From a virus: a DNA stretch of 64,000 bases. The translations under genes and the position numbers were made by a program. Below, one piece after another: positions 47,626 to 57,592 of this stretch. Where the stretch lies: IMG/VR virus record IMGVR_UViG_3300024262_000020, positions 23,616-87,615 of that record; one strand, written 5' to 3'. The notes below the pieces were generated by a model. It was given only the letters and a program-made list of their open reading frames with translations, was not told where the DNA came from and did no database searches. Each line of letters starts with the position of its first letter. The first letter of the stretch is position 1.

Positions 47626-48105
47626 ATGATTAAAAAAAGTTATTGGAGTAATAATATAACAAATATAAAAAAGAAAGGAAATGAATATTATTTCACTTGT
47701 ACTTTTATTGTTGAAAAATTATTTGAATCTGCATTTTTAGAATTGCAGAATCGCAAAGATTCACTAGGTGTTATATATGGTGAATTTTCGGAAAATGTTG
47801 AAAATCTTGATACCTCATTTGCGAGAGTTTCACATATATTAGAAGATATCGTAATAGTTGAGAATACTTTAACTTTGGAAGTTAAAGTTAATATTAGAAC
47901 AATAAATACTCAACATGGTAAAAACTTAAAAGAAATGTTAAATGATGGTATACCTATAGTAGGAAAAATTAGATATCACTATACATCACATCACATTAAA
48001 ATTTTTACAATAGATATTGATCTTCAACAAAATACTGTAAAGCAATCAGAACAACTTAAGTTGGAAAGAAAAATGAAAATTGATCAGATTGAAAAAAGAA
48101 TTTAA
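47626..48105 (+). CDS. Degenerate prohead protease (gp21)-like protein with RKMKIDQI tag
   Basis: YGEF...VSHILEDI...TQHGKNLKEML..G; expected GELxHP His and SSRG Ser not present. Confidence 0.5.
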   Translation: MIKKSYWSNNITNIKKKGNEYYFTCTFIVEKLFESAFLELQNRKDSLGVIYGEFSENVENLDTSFARVSHILEDIVIVENTLTLEVKVNIRTINTQHGKNLKEMLNDGIPIVGKIRYHYTSHHIKIFTIDIDLQQNTVKQSEQLKLERKMKIDQIEKRI

Positions 48106-48110
48106 ATAAA

Positions 48111-48722
48111 ATGAACAATAAATATCTTAAAAGATTATCAAATTTTGGCAATTCAATGGAATATGCTGATTACTTAGCAGAAAATATTGAGAATACAATT
48201 AAATATTCAGAATATATTGCAGAAAATTTAGAAAAAAATATTATGTATTCAGAATATATTGCAGAAAATTTAGAAAAAAATATTATGTATTCAGAATATA
48301 TTGCAGAAAATTTAGGCTATTATGGCAAAACAAAAGGTCAAATAATAAGAGAACAACGAAAAGAAAAGTTAGATCATATTTTTGGTCCTACAGGTACATC
48401 AGGTAGTTCAGGCACAGATGGAACTTCAGGTATGTCAGGAACACCAGGTTCATCAGGTATAATGGGTATGTCAGGAACCCCAGGTTCATCAGGCACAATG
48501 GGATATCCAGCAGGTATTAATGGTACAGGTGGTTTAGCAAATGATACTTGGCAATCAGGTATTTGGATTCAAGATTATGCTAAATGTCACGAAATTGAAG
48601 AATTGGAAAGTGATATTGAGATATATGAAGAAAGTGTTAAACCTAAGAAAATTATTAAAAATATGCCAGTTTTGAGGGATTTACCTAAACTTCGAGATTT
48701 ACCTGAAATTAGAAGTATATAA
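48111..48722 (+). CDS. Mosaic protein: YSEYIAENL repeats + RKEKLDHI + GTSGSSG repeats
   Basis: 42-nt tandem repeat and Gly-X-Y block visible. Confidence 0.65.
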   Translation: MNNKYLKRLSNFGNSMEYADYLAENIENTIKYSEYIAENLEKNIMYSEYIAENLEKNIMYSEYIAENLGYYGKTKGQIIREQRKEKLDHIFGPTGTSGSSGTDGTSGMSGTPGSSGIMGMSGTPGSSGTMGYPAGINGTGGLANDTWQSGIWIQDYAKCHEIEELESDIEIYEESVKPKKIIKNMPVLRDLPKLRDLPEIRSI

Positions 48723-49283
48723 TTCCTCAATAGCTGATTCACCCTCAAATGTTAGTTCTCTCGTACCAACCCCTGCAAAATTTTCTGTTAGTTTTGGAAT
48801 ATAATCAATTTCTCTGAATTGATTGAAAGTCCATTTATACCATTTATTATCTTTTTGATTAAAAACAAAGACTGGTTTTTTATATTGAATAGACATCTCC
48901 ACTGCGTATCCTGTACCACCGTCAACAATTTGTTTATTTGTTTTATTAGGAATTCTTTCTCCCTGTTCTCCTGGATTTAAAATGTATCCAACTGCAAATA
49001 TTGCACTGGAGTTTTTAACTTGATACCAGTCTCTTGCTAATAATTTTTTAACATATGGAGATAAATTGTGTGTATTTCTTCTTAAAGATTTTGCTGCTTT
49101 TTGTGCTTTCTCCCAACCGATTGCTATTTCATCATTGGTTAGAATTACTTTATTTTTTGAGTGTGAGTTGTGTTCTTCAAATGAGTATGCATTAACTTTA
49201 ATACCATATTTTATTGATATTTTTTCAAATTTCATATCTGAGCCGATTGCGCCACCAGTATGACAAATATATTTCATTTTCAT
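48699..49283 (-). CDS. SLOG/DprA-like nucleotide-binding protein
   Basis: HTGGAIGSD, LARDWYQV, GGTGYAV, FAGVGTR. Confidence 0.6.
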   Translation of the reverse strand: MKMKYICHTGGAIGSDMKFEKISIKYGIKVNAYSFEEHNSHSKNKVILTNDEIAIGWEKAQKAAKSLRRNTHNLSPYVKKLLARDWYQVKNSSAIFAVGYILNPGEQGERIPNKTNKQIVDGGTGYAVEMSIQYKKPVFVFNQKDNKWYKWTFNQFREIDYIPKLTENFAGVGTRELTFEGESAIEELYTSNFR

Positions 49284-49330
49284 TTTTTCTTTTTCAATTT
49301 TAATATATAAAGAAAAAGAATTTTAGTTGA

Positions 49331-49681
49331 ATGGAATATTTAAAAACCTTTGAAAATTATGGATCAGACCCAGAACAGTTAAAAGAATTATTTGGTAGTA
49401 GAGATGAAAATACAGGTAGACGAGTACAATATGCAGTTTATTTTAAGCCTTCTGGTACATTTGGTGCTATAACTGAAGCAAGAGAATGGCTAAAAAATGA
49501 AGGGTATGTTATTGGTTCTATGTGTGGTGGTGCCCCAATTGGGTTTTCTAAAGAAGTTAGTTACATTGCAAAATGGACAAATATAAGTCCAATCGAATGG
49601 AAAAAATTGGATGGTATTTTGATATCTGATGATTTTAGAGAAGGTGACGTAAAAGTTTTATTCTTTGTGTTCCCAGAATAA
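49331..49681 (+). CDS. Hypothetical protein (MEYLKTFE)
   Basis: 116 aa ORF. Confidence 0.7.
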   Translation: MEYLKTFENYGSDPEQLKELFGSRDENTGRRVQYAVYFKPSGTFGAITEAREWLKNEGYVIGSMCGGAPIGFSKEVSYIAKWTNISPIEWKKLDGILISDDFREGDVKVLFFVFPE

Positions 49682-49693
49682 TATATATAGACT

Positions 49694-51082
49694 ATGAAGA
49701 AATTTTCAAATGAATATTTAAATGATTTTAATAAATTAAAGAATAGTATTGTAGGATTTGAGTTTGAATTTTATACAAACAAATCTTATTACAAATTGAT
49801 GGAATACCTTGGTAATGAACTTAATCCAGTTAAGATACATGGATTTAGACAATATCACTCAAAATTTAAACCAGATGAAGATAATTTTAAAATAGAGCCT
49901 GACCTTTCAGGTGGCTATGATATGGTCGAATTAATTACTGGACCAATACCTTATGTAAATTCTAAGATAGTATTATTAAAAATTTTAAGAATTTTACAAG
50001 ATGTTGCTAAAACTGATGAGAGATGTTCAATACATATAAATGTTTCATTTGATGGTAAAAAATCTGAAAAGACTCTTGGAAATTTAAATAGATTAAAATT
50101 AATACTTAATGTAGATGAAGATTATGTATATAGATTTTTCCCTACAAGACAAGATAATATTTACGCTAAAACTGTAAAGGCAATAATACCATTTAAAGGA
50201 TTTGACTATTCAAATGATGCTGTTAATATCGTTATTAATAATCTAGAATTACCTGATACAAAATATTATGGTATCAATATTCAAACTGTTGAAAAGGGTA
50301 GATTAGAGTATAGATATATTGGTGGTAAAGATTATCAATTTAAAACTTCTGAAATATTAACATTGATGGACTATTTTATAGCCTTGACTTGGAATTGTGT
50401 GGATGAACCATTAGATGAGTATGATATGGAAGAATTGAGAGAATATCTATTTGAAAATATTAATATGTTTAAAACATTTACTAATTATGAAGATTTTATT
50501 TCTAATTTTCCAACAATTGATATTCAAGTAGATAGATTGAATGAGTATGCAATTTTGAAAGCATATTATGAAAATTTTTATGATGAGGTGTATGATTTAA
50601 TACAAAATACATATAATCTTTCAAATTGTATATTAAATTTTGATACTCAGCAAAATAGATTAGAATTAGTAGAAGCCGATTTTAGAACTATATTTGATGT
50701 AAATAGACTTGATATTATTGAATGTACAGCTAATTCTGGTAGATATAATAGTTGTAATATTATATCATCTGAAGTTGTTAATGGTAATATTAAAGGTGGT
50801 TCAATAATAGATTCAAATATATTAAATAGTAAAATAGAAGGTGCTAAAATTGATATTAATACTGAGGTTAATGATTCATATTTATATCAATGCCAAATAG
50901 ATGGTCATATTACTGGTGATTCAGTTTTAAGATTATGTAAATTAGGACCAAATGCAATTATAGATGATTCTGTGAGAATAGTGACAGATCAAAGTAATTA
51001 TTTTAATACTTCAATATCAACTGCGAATAAGAAAAAATCTGGGTTACCTGAGGTTCCTAAGACAAAAGGTAAGAAATGGTAA
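49694..51082 (+). CDS. Putative amidoligase (COOH-NH2 ligase fold) with C-terminal beta-helix
   Basis: GFEFEF, EPDLS, ELITGP, CSIHIN, KYYGIN, LEYR. Confidence 0.65.
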   Translation: MKKFSNEYLNDFNKLKNSIVGFEFEFYTNKSYYKLMEYLGNELNPVKIHGFRQYHSKFKPDEDNFKIEPDLSGGYDMVELITGPIPYVNSKIVLLKILRILQDVAKTDERCSIHINVSFDGKKSEKTLGNLNRLKLILNVDEDYVYRFFPTRQDNIYAKTVKAIIPFKGFDYSNDAVNIVINNLELPDTKYYGINIQTVEKGRLEYRYIGGKDYQFKTSEILTLMDYFIALTWNCVDEPLDEYDMEELREYLFENINMFKTFTNYEDFISNFPTIDIQVDRLNEYAILKAYYENFYDEVYDLIQNTYNLSNCILNFDTQQNRLELVEADFRTIFDVNRLDIIECTANSGRYNSCNIISSEVVNGNIKGGSIIDSNILNSKIEGAKIDINTEVNDSYLYQCQIDGHITGDSVLRLCKLGPNAIIDDSVRIVTDQSNYFNTSISTANKKKSGLPEVPKTKGKKW

Positions 51083-51139
51083 TCTTTCAAAAACTATACT
51101 TCCTTATTTTAATATATAAGTAAAATTTAAAATTTTTAA

Positions 51140-51565
51140 ATGATAAAGAAATTTGAAGATTATACAAATGGTTATGGTTTTTTAGTACCATCACCAGCAG
51201 GCTCATTGAGTCATATCCCCAAAGCAGTACAAGGTGCAGGAGAAGTACGTGCTGTTAAGAGATTTGATGAATTTGAAGGCGAATTTAGAAAAGGTTCAAA
51301 CAAATTTGGTGGACTAGTGAATGATATTATGATGTTCTTGAGAATGTATAAAGATGATGTGAAGAAAGATGTTCTTAAATTTAAAATAGATGATTTTCAG
51401 AATAAAACAAATATAAAAATAGCACAAATACAACAATTGCTAAATTCGAATTCAAACTTATTAAGTTTTGACATAAAAATTGATGATAAATATATTACGT
51501 TTAATAATCTTAATAAAGTTTATAAATCAAGGTTCGTGTGGGGAGAAAATTTAACACATGAATAA
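51140..51565 (+). CDS. Hypothetical protein (MIKKFEDY)
   Basis: 141 aa ORF. Confidence 0.7.
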   Translation: MIKKFEDYTNGYGFLVPSPAGSLSHIPKAVQGAGEVRAVKRFDEFEGEFRKGSNKFGGLVNDIMMFLRMYKDDVKKDVLKFKIDDFQNKTNIKIAQIQQLLNSNSNLLSFDIKIDDKYITFNNLNKVYKSRFVWGENLTHE

Positions 51566-52609
51566 ATGAAAAAGAAAAATATATTTTTTATAATAATTGT
51601 AGCGTTGATCGCTTTTGGTTTAGCAGGTGTAGGTGCCTGGTTCTCAGTTTATGGTTTAACTAAAATGTTTGCGGCTGGTTGGTCAACTTTCATATTTTTT
51701 AGTATGTTAGAGATTGCAAAACTTGTTGTGGTTAGTTTTGTTTATAGATTTTGGTCAATTACAAAAATATTTCAAAGAGGCTATTTAATATTAGCGACTG
51801 TTGTTTTAATGGGAATAACTTCATTGGGTATTTATGGATATTTGACAGCAGCTTTTCAAAAAACATCATCATCGGAGGAAATAAATAGGAGTGAGGTTGG
51901 TGTTTTTGAACTGAAGAAAAATAGATTTGAAGAAAATAGAACTTATTATGTTACAGAGAAAGAAGAAATTGATAGAAGTATTTCAGATCTAAGAAAGGGA
52001 CTATCAAATAATGTTATCCAATATACAGATACAACGGGTAGGTTAATTACAACAACATCATCTAGCACAAGAAACGCATTACAAGCACAATTAACTGATG
52101 CTATTGAGCGTAGAGATAAAATTTCAATGAAATTAGAAAATGTAACTGATTCTTTATCTTTTTACGAAAGAAAGATATATGAGATGGAAAGTGAAAATCA
52201 ATCATCAAGTGAGTTAGGTCCATTGACATATTTATCAGATATTAGTGGTCTTCCTATGAATAAAGTTATAAATTGGTTAACTTTAATAATTATTTTCGTG
52301 GCTGATCCTTTAGCAGTTATGCTAATTGTGATACTTAATTTATTACTTTTACATAGCGGGTTTGATCCATTTGAGAATACTAAGAGTTATAAAAAGATGG
52401 TAGAGAAAGAAGAAGAACCTAAAAAAGAAGATAAAGAAATTAGATATGTTAAGGTGATAAAGGAAGATAAAAAGCTAGAGCCAGAACTTGAAAAAGACCC
52501 TATTAAAAAAAATGTGCAAGAAAATTTATCCACTTTTCAAACGAAAAGAGAAGAAAATATTACTCAGGTGACATCGAAAAATAAAGCCCAATTCATTCCA
52601 AAGAAATAA
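51566..52609 (+). CDS. Multi-TM membrane protein with coiled coil
   Basis: Three N-terminal TMs, coiled coil, ELGPL and DPLAV motifs. Confidence 0.7.
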   Translation: MKKKNIFFIIIVALIAFGLAGVGAWFSVYGLTKMFAAGWSTFIFFSMLEIAKLVVVSFVYRFWSITKIFQRGYLILATVVLMGITSLGIYGYLTAAFQKTSSSEEINRSEVGVFELKKNRFEENRTYYVTEKEEIDRSISDLRKGLSNNVIQYTDTTGRLITTTSSSTRNALQAQLTDAIERRDKISMKLENVTDSLSFYERKIYEMESENQSSSELGPLTYLSDISGLPMNKVINWLTLIIIFVADPLAVMLIVILNLLLLHSGFDPFENTKSYKKMVEKEEEPKKEDKEIRYVKVIKEDKKLEPELEKDPIKKNVQENLSTFQTKREENITQVTSKNKAQFIPKK

Positions 52610-52663
52610 TATTACATTTATTCCCTATTATTTTTTAATATATAAAAGAAATAAAAAAATAAT

Positions 52664-53416
52664 ATGGCAATCACCATAGATCAATTAATTGATATTGTAC
52701 AAGCAGACTTAACAATGACTGGACTTTTTCCAAAAATATTACCCGATTTAGAGATAAAAAGGTTAGTGAAAGAAAATGCATTAGAATGGTTTTATAAAAA
52801 TTATCAATATTCTCAAATTAAGGCATTTTATTATTTAGATATGAATTTCTTAACAACTGAACAATATAATAGAAACAAATTTTTGATTTTACCTGAAGAA
52901 GTAGAAAATATTACAAGAATAATAAAAGTGGATGATCCTTCATTATTTAGATTAGGTATTCAAGCCCCACATTTATCTATAAATCTTGGCGTTACGAATC
53001 AACCATTTTTAACGTCATTTGTTACAACCGCAGGTGAATTGGGTGTTTATCGTTCAATTATTAGTGCATTTTCAGATCAGATAAATAAGATGACTACTAA
53101 TACAATGAGGTTTCAATTTAATCATATAAATAAGAGATTATCATTTATGACAGATGTATCTACAAGTTTGATGCTAGAAGTTTATGTAAGAATTGAAGAA
53201 GAAGAGTTATTTGATCATGTTTACTTTAAAAATTATGTGATTGGAATTTCAAAGAAAAGAATGGGTGAGGCATTAGGTAGATTTAATTTTAATATGCCTG
53301 GTAATTTTCAATATAATGCGGCAGACATCATGACAGAAGGTAAAGAGATGATTCTAGAAGTTCAGGAAAAAATAAAAGGAGAATCACAAGTATCTTGGTT
53401 CTTTATGGATAGATAA
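52664..53416 (+). CDS. Neck/head-completion protein (T4 gp13-like)
   Basis: KKRMGEALGRF...MPGNFQYNA..I.TEG pattern; late motif upstream. Confidence 0.55.
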   Translation: MAITIDQLIDIVQADLTMTGLFPKILPDLEIKRLVKENALEWFYKNYQYSQIKAFYYLDMNFLTTEQYNRNKFLILPEEVENITRIIKVDDPSLFRLGIQAPHLSINLGVTNQPFLTSFVTTAGELGVYRSIISAFSDQINKMTTNTMRFQFNHINKRLSFMTDVSTSLMLEVYVRIEEEELFDHVYFKNYVIGISKKRMGEALGRFNFNMPGNFQYNAADIMTEGKEMILEVQEKIKGESQVSWFFMDR

Positions 53417-53745
53417 TGAAATATTTAAAAACATTTGAAGGTAGATATGAAGATATAACATATGGCGAATCACTCAAACTTCATGAGTTTGATAAACAAA
53501 TTAAACAATATATTGAAGATAATTATCCTGAACATGGATATGATGCTCGTTTTTTACATCCAGATAAAAAAGATATAAAAAGATATATATCAAGGAATAA
53601 AACTTTAGGAGATGGACAAGCAAAGAAAATAATGGCGTTAGCTAAAAGAAAGAAAGATATTAAATTATTAGATTTACTTAATAAACGACTTAAAAATATT
53701 GAGGAAGTTGAATTGGGTATGGTGGCAAAAAAATATAACATCTAA
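53416..53745 (+). CDS. Hypothetical protein (MKYLKTFE...KYNI)
   Basis: Both terminal tags. Confidence 0.72.
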   Translation: MKYLKTFEGRYEDITYGESLKLHEFDKQIKQYIEDNYPEHGYDARFLHPDKKDIKRYISRNKTLGDGQAKKIMALAKRKKDIKLLDLLNKRLKNIEEVELGMVAKKYNI

Positions 53746-54242
53746 TGAACAAAATAAAAAGATTTGAAGATGTAATGTGGGGTGATAAATCACAAAAACC
53801 ATATTCTAAAGAAGAATTACTTAGACGAAGCAGAGTAGAGAAAATTGATGAATTTGATTCGTATTTTAAAAATTTAAAAATTTTAAAAAGTTATATTAAC
53901 ACATTAGAAAAAACATATGAGATAAATAAAATTATGTTATCATATGCTATCATATTGCACAATTTTATAATTCTTGAAAGATATTATATTGAGTTAGTTG
54001 AAAAAGAACGATATGAGATTAATAAATATTTGGATATTGTTGAAAATGATAATTCATATGGGGTTAGTAAAAAGTTAATAGAATTGTATGACCCTGAACA
54101 TAAGGTTAGGAATAATGTTGAAGCGATTGATAGACTTAAACCAATAGATGATTTTTTAAAAGATAATCCAGAAATATATAAACGAGTATTTACAGAAGAT
54201 GAAATTGATATGTTGATACAATCAAATAAATATAACTTATGA
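53745..54242 (+). CDS. Hypothetical protein (MNKIKRFE...KYNL)
   Basis: Both terminal tags. Confidence 0.72.
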   Translation: MNKIKRFEDVMWGDKSQKPYSKEELLRRSRVEKIDEFDSYFKNLKILKSYINTLEKTYEINKIMLSYAIILHNFIILERYYIELVEKERYEINKYLDIVENDNSYGVSKKLIELYDPEHKVRNNVEAIDRLKPIDDFLKDNPEIYKRVFTEDEIDMLIQSNKYNL

Positions 54243-54856
54243 AATATTTAAAATACTTTAAAGAAAATAAATCATTAGAAGAAAATGATGGTATATTATT
54301 TGTGGTCGATGTTCAATCTGAATTTGAGAAATTTATACCTAAGAATTTTGTTACAAAATTGAATGAGTATTGTAAAGAATTTAAACAAGTGTACCAAATT
54401 TGGGATTCAAATAAAACTAAATCTTCTACATATAAATTTCCTAATCAAGTTGCTAAATTAGAAAAGCAATTTGGTGTTAAAAAGTATTATCAAGATTTAA
54501 AGGGTGGTATTGAAGAATGGTTTAATCAGATTTTTGATGAAACTTCCGCAAACAAGATGATTAAAGAATTAAAGAAGAAAAATATCAAAGAAGGTGATAA
54601 ATTTAGATTGAAGGATAAAGATGAATATTTGGTATATATTGACAATAATCACAATTGGTTTTATGTTAATTCAGAGTTATATAAAACATTTAAGAAGTTG
54701 AAAAATAAATCAGTAATTATAGTTGGTGGTGCTGATAATGAGTGCCTTGAGGATATTTATATTTCAGCAAAAGCCTTTGGTTTGAATCCGATTTATAATC
54801 ATACGTATATCTATTCTGCTGACACTAGCAACAAACAAGTTTCACATATTCCATAA
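54239..54856 (+). CDS. Isochorismatase/nicotinamidase-like cysteine hydrolase
   Basis: LFVVDVQ..F, EKQFG, IVGGADNECL. Confidence 0.55.
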   Translation: MKYLKYFKENKSLEENDGILFVVDVQSEFEKFIPKNFVTKLNEYCKEFKQVYQIWDSNKTKSSTYKFPNQVAKLEKQFGVKKYYQDLKGGIEEWFNQIFDETSANKMIKELKKKNIKEGDKFRLKDKDEYLVYIDNNHNWFYVNSELYKTFKKLKNKSVIIVGGADNECLEDIYISAKAFGLNPIYNHTYIYSADTSNKQVSHIP

Positions 54857-54910
54857 AATTCATATTTTTTTTTAATATATAGTTTTATAAAAATAAAATG
54901 AAAATAAATT

Positions 54911-55615
54911 ATGGATTTAGCTTTTATAATGTTAAGTTTTGTTTCAATATTTCAAGAATATGGTTTAGCACTAGGTTCATTTATGCTACTGATTATAATA
55001 GGGTATTATATGATGAGGAATATAATAAAGCGAAATAGGGAACAAGAGGAGAAAATTGATTCTCTATATGAGAGAATTGATAAATTGATGGGTAAAATGG
55101 GTGTTGGTGATAGTGGAGACTTGCAGAGTAAATTTAAAGATTATGCAGAAAACGCAAATAAAATTCAAATATTATTATATCATATACTTAGAAGTTTTAA
55201 TGCTGATAGAGTATCTATTTACGAATTCCATAATGGTGGACATAATTTGCAAGGTATAGAATTTAAGAAGGCTAGTAATACTTATGAGGCAGTAGAATTA
55301 GAGATTAAACCTATAATTAAAGAAATGCAAAATTTACCGATAAGTATAAATCCACTTTGGAGTAAATTATTAGCATCAAGGTTGCCTACTAAAGTTTCAT
55401 CTGTTAGTAATTTAGATGATACTTTTTTAAAATCTTATTTAGAAGCACAAAGTATTAAAACATATTATTCTATGTTATTGGTTGATTATGATGGTTCCCC
55501 ACTTGGATTTATTTCGTTAGAGTTTTATAATAAAGAAAGAGAATTAACTAATCGGGAATTTAATGAATTTGAAAATATTTCAATAAAAATATCAACACTT
55601 ATTAATATAAAGTAA
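54911..55615 (+). CDS. TM + GAF-like domain protein (T4 holin T-like architecture)
   Basis: TM, coiled coil, ADRVSIYEFHNG...PLGFISLEF. Confidence 0.55.
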   Translation: MDLAFIMLSFVSIFQEYGLALGSFMLLIIIGYYMMRNIIKRNREQEEKIDSLYERIDKLMGKMGVGDSGDLQSKFKDYAENANKIQILLYHILRSFNADRVSIYEFHNGGHNLQGIEFKKASNTYEAVELEIKPIIKEMQNLPISINPLWSKLLASRLPTKVSSVSNLDDTFLKSYLEAQSIKTYYSMLLVDYDGSPLGFISLEFYNKERELTNREFNEFENISIKISTLINIK

Positions 55616-56235
55616 TGGAATGGACTCACATATTACAAAATTTTATAATATTTATTAATTTTATAGCAATAATTTATATTATTGTTAAATTTTTGAAATG
55701 TGATATTTGTGAACAGTCTATTGAGATTTTAAATAAAAATTTAGATATATTAAATAGTGTTTATAGAAAACAACATTCAAATGATTTGAAAAAGATGGTT
55801 GAATTGTATTCTGAAGTTCAAACTATTTTGAAAATATCTGAATCATCATCTATAAGCCTTTTTAGATATGATTATACCAAATCTTATATTACATTACATT
55901 TTATATTTTCTATTAATAAAAAAGGTGAGATATTTCATGAAAGTTTTATGGATAAATTACCAGCAACATCAAATATGCTAAATTTAGAAATATTAAAATC
56001 AAATGGTGAAGATTTGTACGATTTCAAAATTGAGTCAATTAAGGATATTGATATGAAAGCATACCAAATGTTGAAATATCGTGAAATTCAAAAGATATAT
56101 TTTAGAAATATTAAAAAAGATATAAATTCCCCCTTGGGATATATAGCATTTTCATATAAAGATGATTATGAGATAGATGAAAATCAAAGGGAAGAAATAA
56201 TGAGAATTACAACTAAAATTTCAGAATTGCTTTAA
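55615..56235 (+). CDS. TM + GAF-like domain protein, paralog
   Basis: N-terminal TM; PLGYIAFSY...ITTKISELL parallels the neighbour. Confidence 0.5.
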   Translation: MEWTHILQNFIIFINFIAIIYIIVKFLKCDICEQSIEILNKNLDILNSVYRKQHSNDLKKMVELYSEVQTILKISESSSISLFRYDYTKSYITLHFIFSINKKGEIFHESFMDKLPATSNMLNLEILKSNGEDLYDFKIESIKDIDMKAYQMLKYREIQKIYFRNIKKDINSPLGYIAFSYKDDYEIDENQREEIMRITTKISELL

Positions 56236-56296
56236 TTTTCTTTTTTTGTATTAAATAATTTTGTATCTTTGCATTATAAATTTAAAATAGAGAGTT

Positions 56297-56827
56297 ATGA
56301 TAACAAAATTTGAAAGATTTCAAACTGATGATAAACATCAAATGTTAGATGTGAATGATATCAAAAAATTTATCTTGGCTGGAAATGCAACATTCACTCT
56401 CGAAAGTACCCGAACAGGTAAATGGTTCACATATAAAGTTAATAAGAAAGAATTTAAAAATGATGCTGGGGAAGTTGATAAAACATTTTACTTTGTGAGC
56501 ATTTTGAGAGGACCAAGTAATGAATCTGACTATACATATTTGGGTACAATTAATTCAAAATTTTATGTTAATACTACTCCAAAATCTAAAATAAGTGCAG
56601 ATTCTATTTCATTTAAGGCGTTAAGTTTTTTTGCATCTTATCTTAGGAAAGGTGAAATGCATGACGAGATTAATTTTTATCACGAAGGAATTTGTGGAAA
56701 ATGTGGTAAAAAACTTACAACACCTGAGTCAGTTGCTATAGGATTAGGACCAATCTGCAATAATTATGATAAGCCAAAAATAGAAAAGAAAAATATTAGT
56801 AATATTCGAAAGAGATTGAAAAAATAA
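56297..56827 (+). CDS. DUF6011-like zinc-ribbon protein
   Basis: AGNATFTLES..TG..FTYKV; CGKCGKKLTTPESVAIGLGPIC. Confidence 0.7.
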   Translation: MITKFERFQTDDKHQMLDVNDIKKFILAGNATFTLESTRTGKWFTYKVNKKEFKNDAGEVDKTFYFVSILRGPSNESDYTYLGTINSKFYVNTTPKSKISADSISFKALSFFASYLRKGEMHDEINFYHEGICGKCGKKLTTPESVAIGLGPICNNYDKPKIEKKNISNIRKRLKK

Positions 56828-56840
56828 GGTTATTCTACTG

Positions 56841-56889
56841 AAACAAAAAGAGATTTTATAACTAATAGGTATAAAATCTCTTTTTGTTT
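56841..56889. terminator. 20-bp inverted repeat, terminator or translational operator
   Basis: aaacaaaaagagattttata-9nt-tataaaatctctttttgttt ending just before ATG 56891. Confidence 0.65.
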
Positions 56890-56890
56890 T

Positions 56891-57592
56891 ATGGATTATG
56901 GTTATCAAAAGTATTATCTTGAACAAGTAAAAAAACATAAAAAATCTATCCTAATATGGTTCCGACAATCAGGTAAAAGTCAATTGATAATTGATAGTTT
57001 AATTGATTATGTTTCTAAAAATTATGATAAAAATATTCTTGTAATAACTATTAAAAAAGAACAATCCAAAAGATTACAAGAAAGATTACACCAGAAATTA
57101 AACTTACAGATAAATAAAAGATTCTTATCAGAAATATCTAAGAATAGAATATTTTTTGAAAGTATAAATACATTTAAAAATACTATTCGAGGTAGAAATA
57201 TTGACATCATATTAGTTGATGATTTTGAGTATATTAAAGATTTACATATTTTTTTAGTTTATGTTGGTGATAGTGAATTACTTTTAACATCATCACAATT
57301 CAATACTGAAATGGTGACTTATGTTGATAGAGAAGGTGATTGTTATTTAGGTGTTGTGTCTTTTTCATCAATTGCAAATGAGGATAAAGTGTTAGAAAGA
57401 ATTTCTAATAGTTATATAAGAGATAGGGGTGCTTACAATATATCTAATGAATATGGAAATATTGTAGAACTTTATGATGGATTAGGTATAAAAAAAGATA
57501 GAAATTTGATTGACGTGTGGGGATTGAAAATTCAAAGGAGAAAAAAATTAGAAGAAATTGCTAAAAAAATAAAAGAAAATGATGAGAATTGA
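56891..57592 (+). CDS. Truncated terminase-ATPase-like protein with RRKKLEEI tag
   Basis: YQ...RQSGKS...IRGRNIDIILVDDF...LTSS; no nuclease domain. Confidence 0.55.
   Translation: MDYGYQKYYLEQVKKHKKSILIWFRQSGKSQLIIDSLIDYVSKNYDKNILVITIKKEQSKRLQERLHQKLNLQINKRFLSEISKNRIFFESINTFKNTIRGRNIDIILVDDFEYIKDLHIFLVYVGDSELLLTSSQFNTEMVTYVDREGDCYLGVVSFSSIANEDKVLERISNSYIRDRGAYNISNEYGNIVELYDGLGIKKDRNLIDVWGLKIQRRKKLEEIAKKIKENDEN

Noticed and set aside
48203-48315. 42-nt direct repeats as a mini-CRISPR or DGR repeat
   Set aside because: Contiguous in-frame coding repeats, no spacers, no reverse transcriptase
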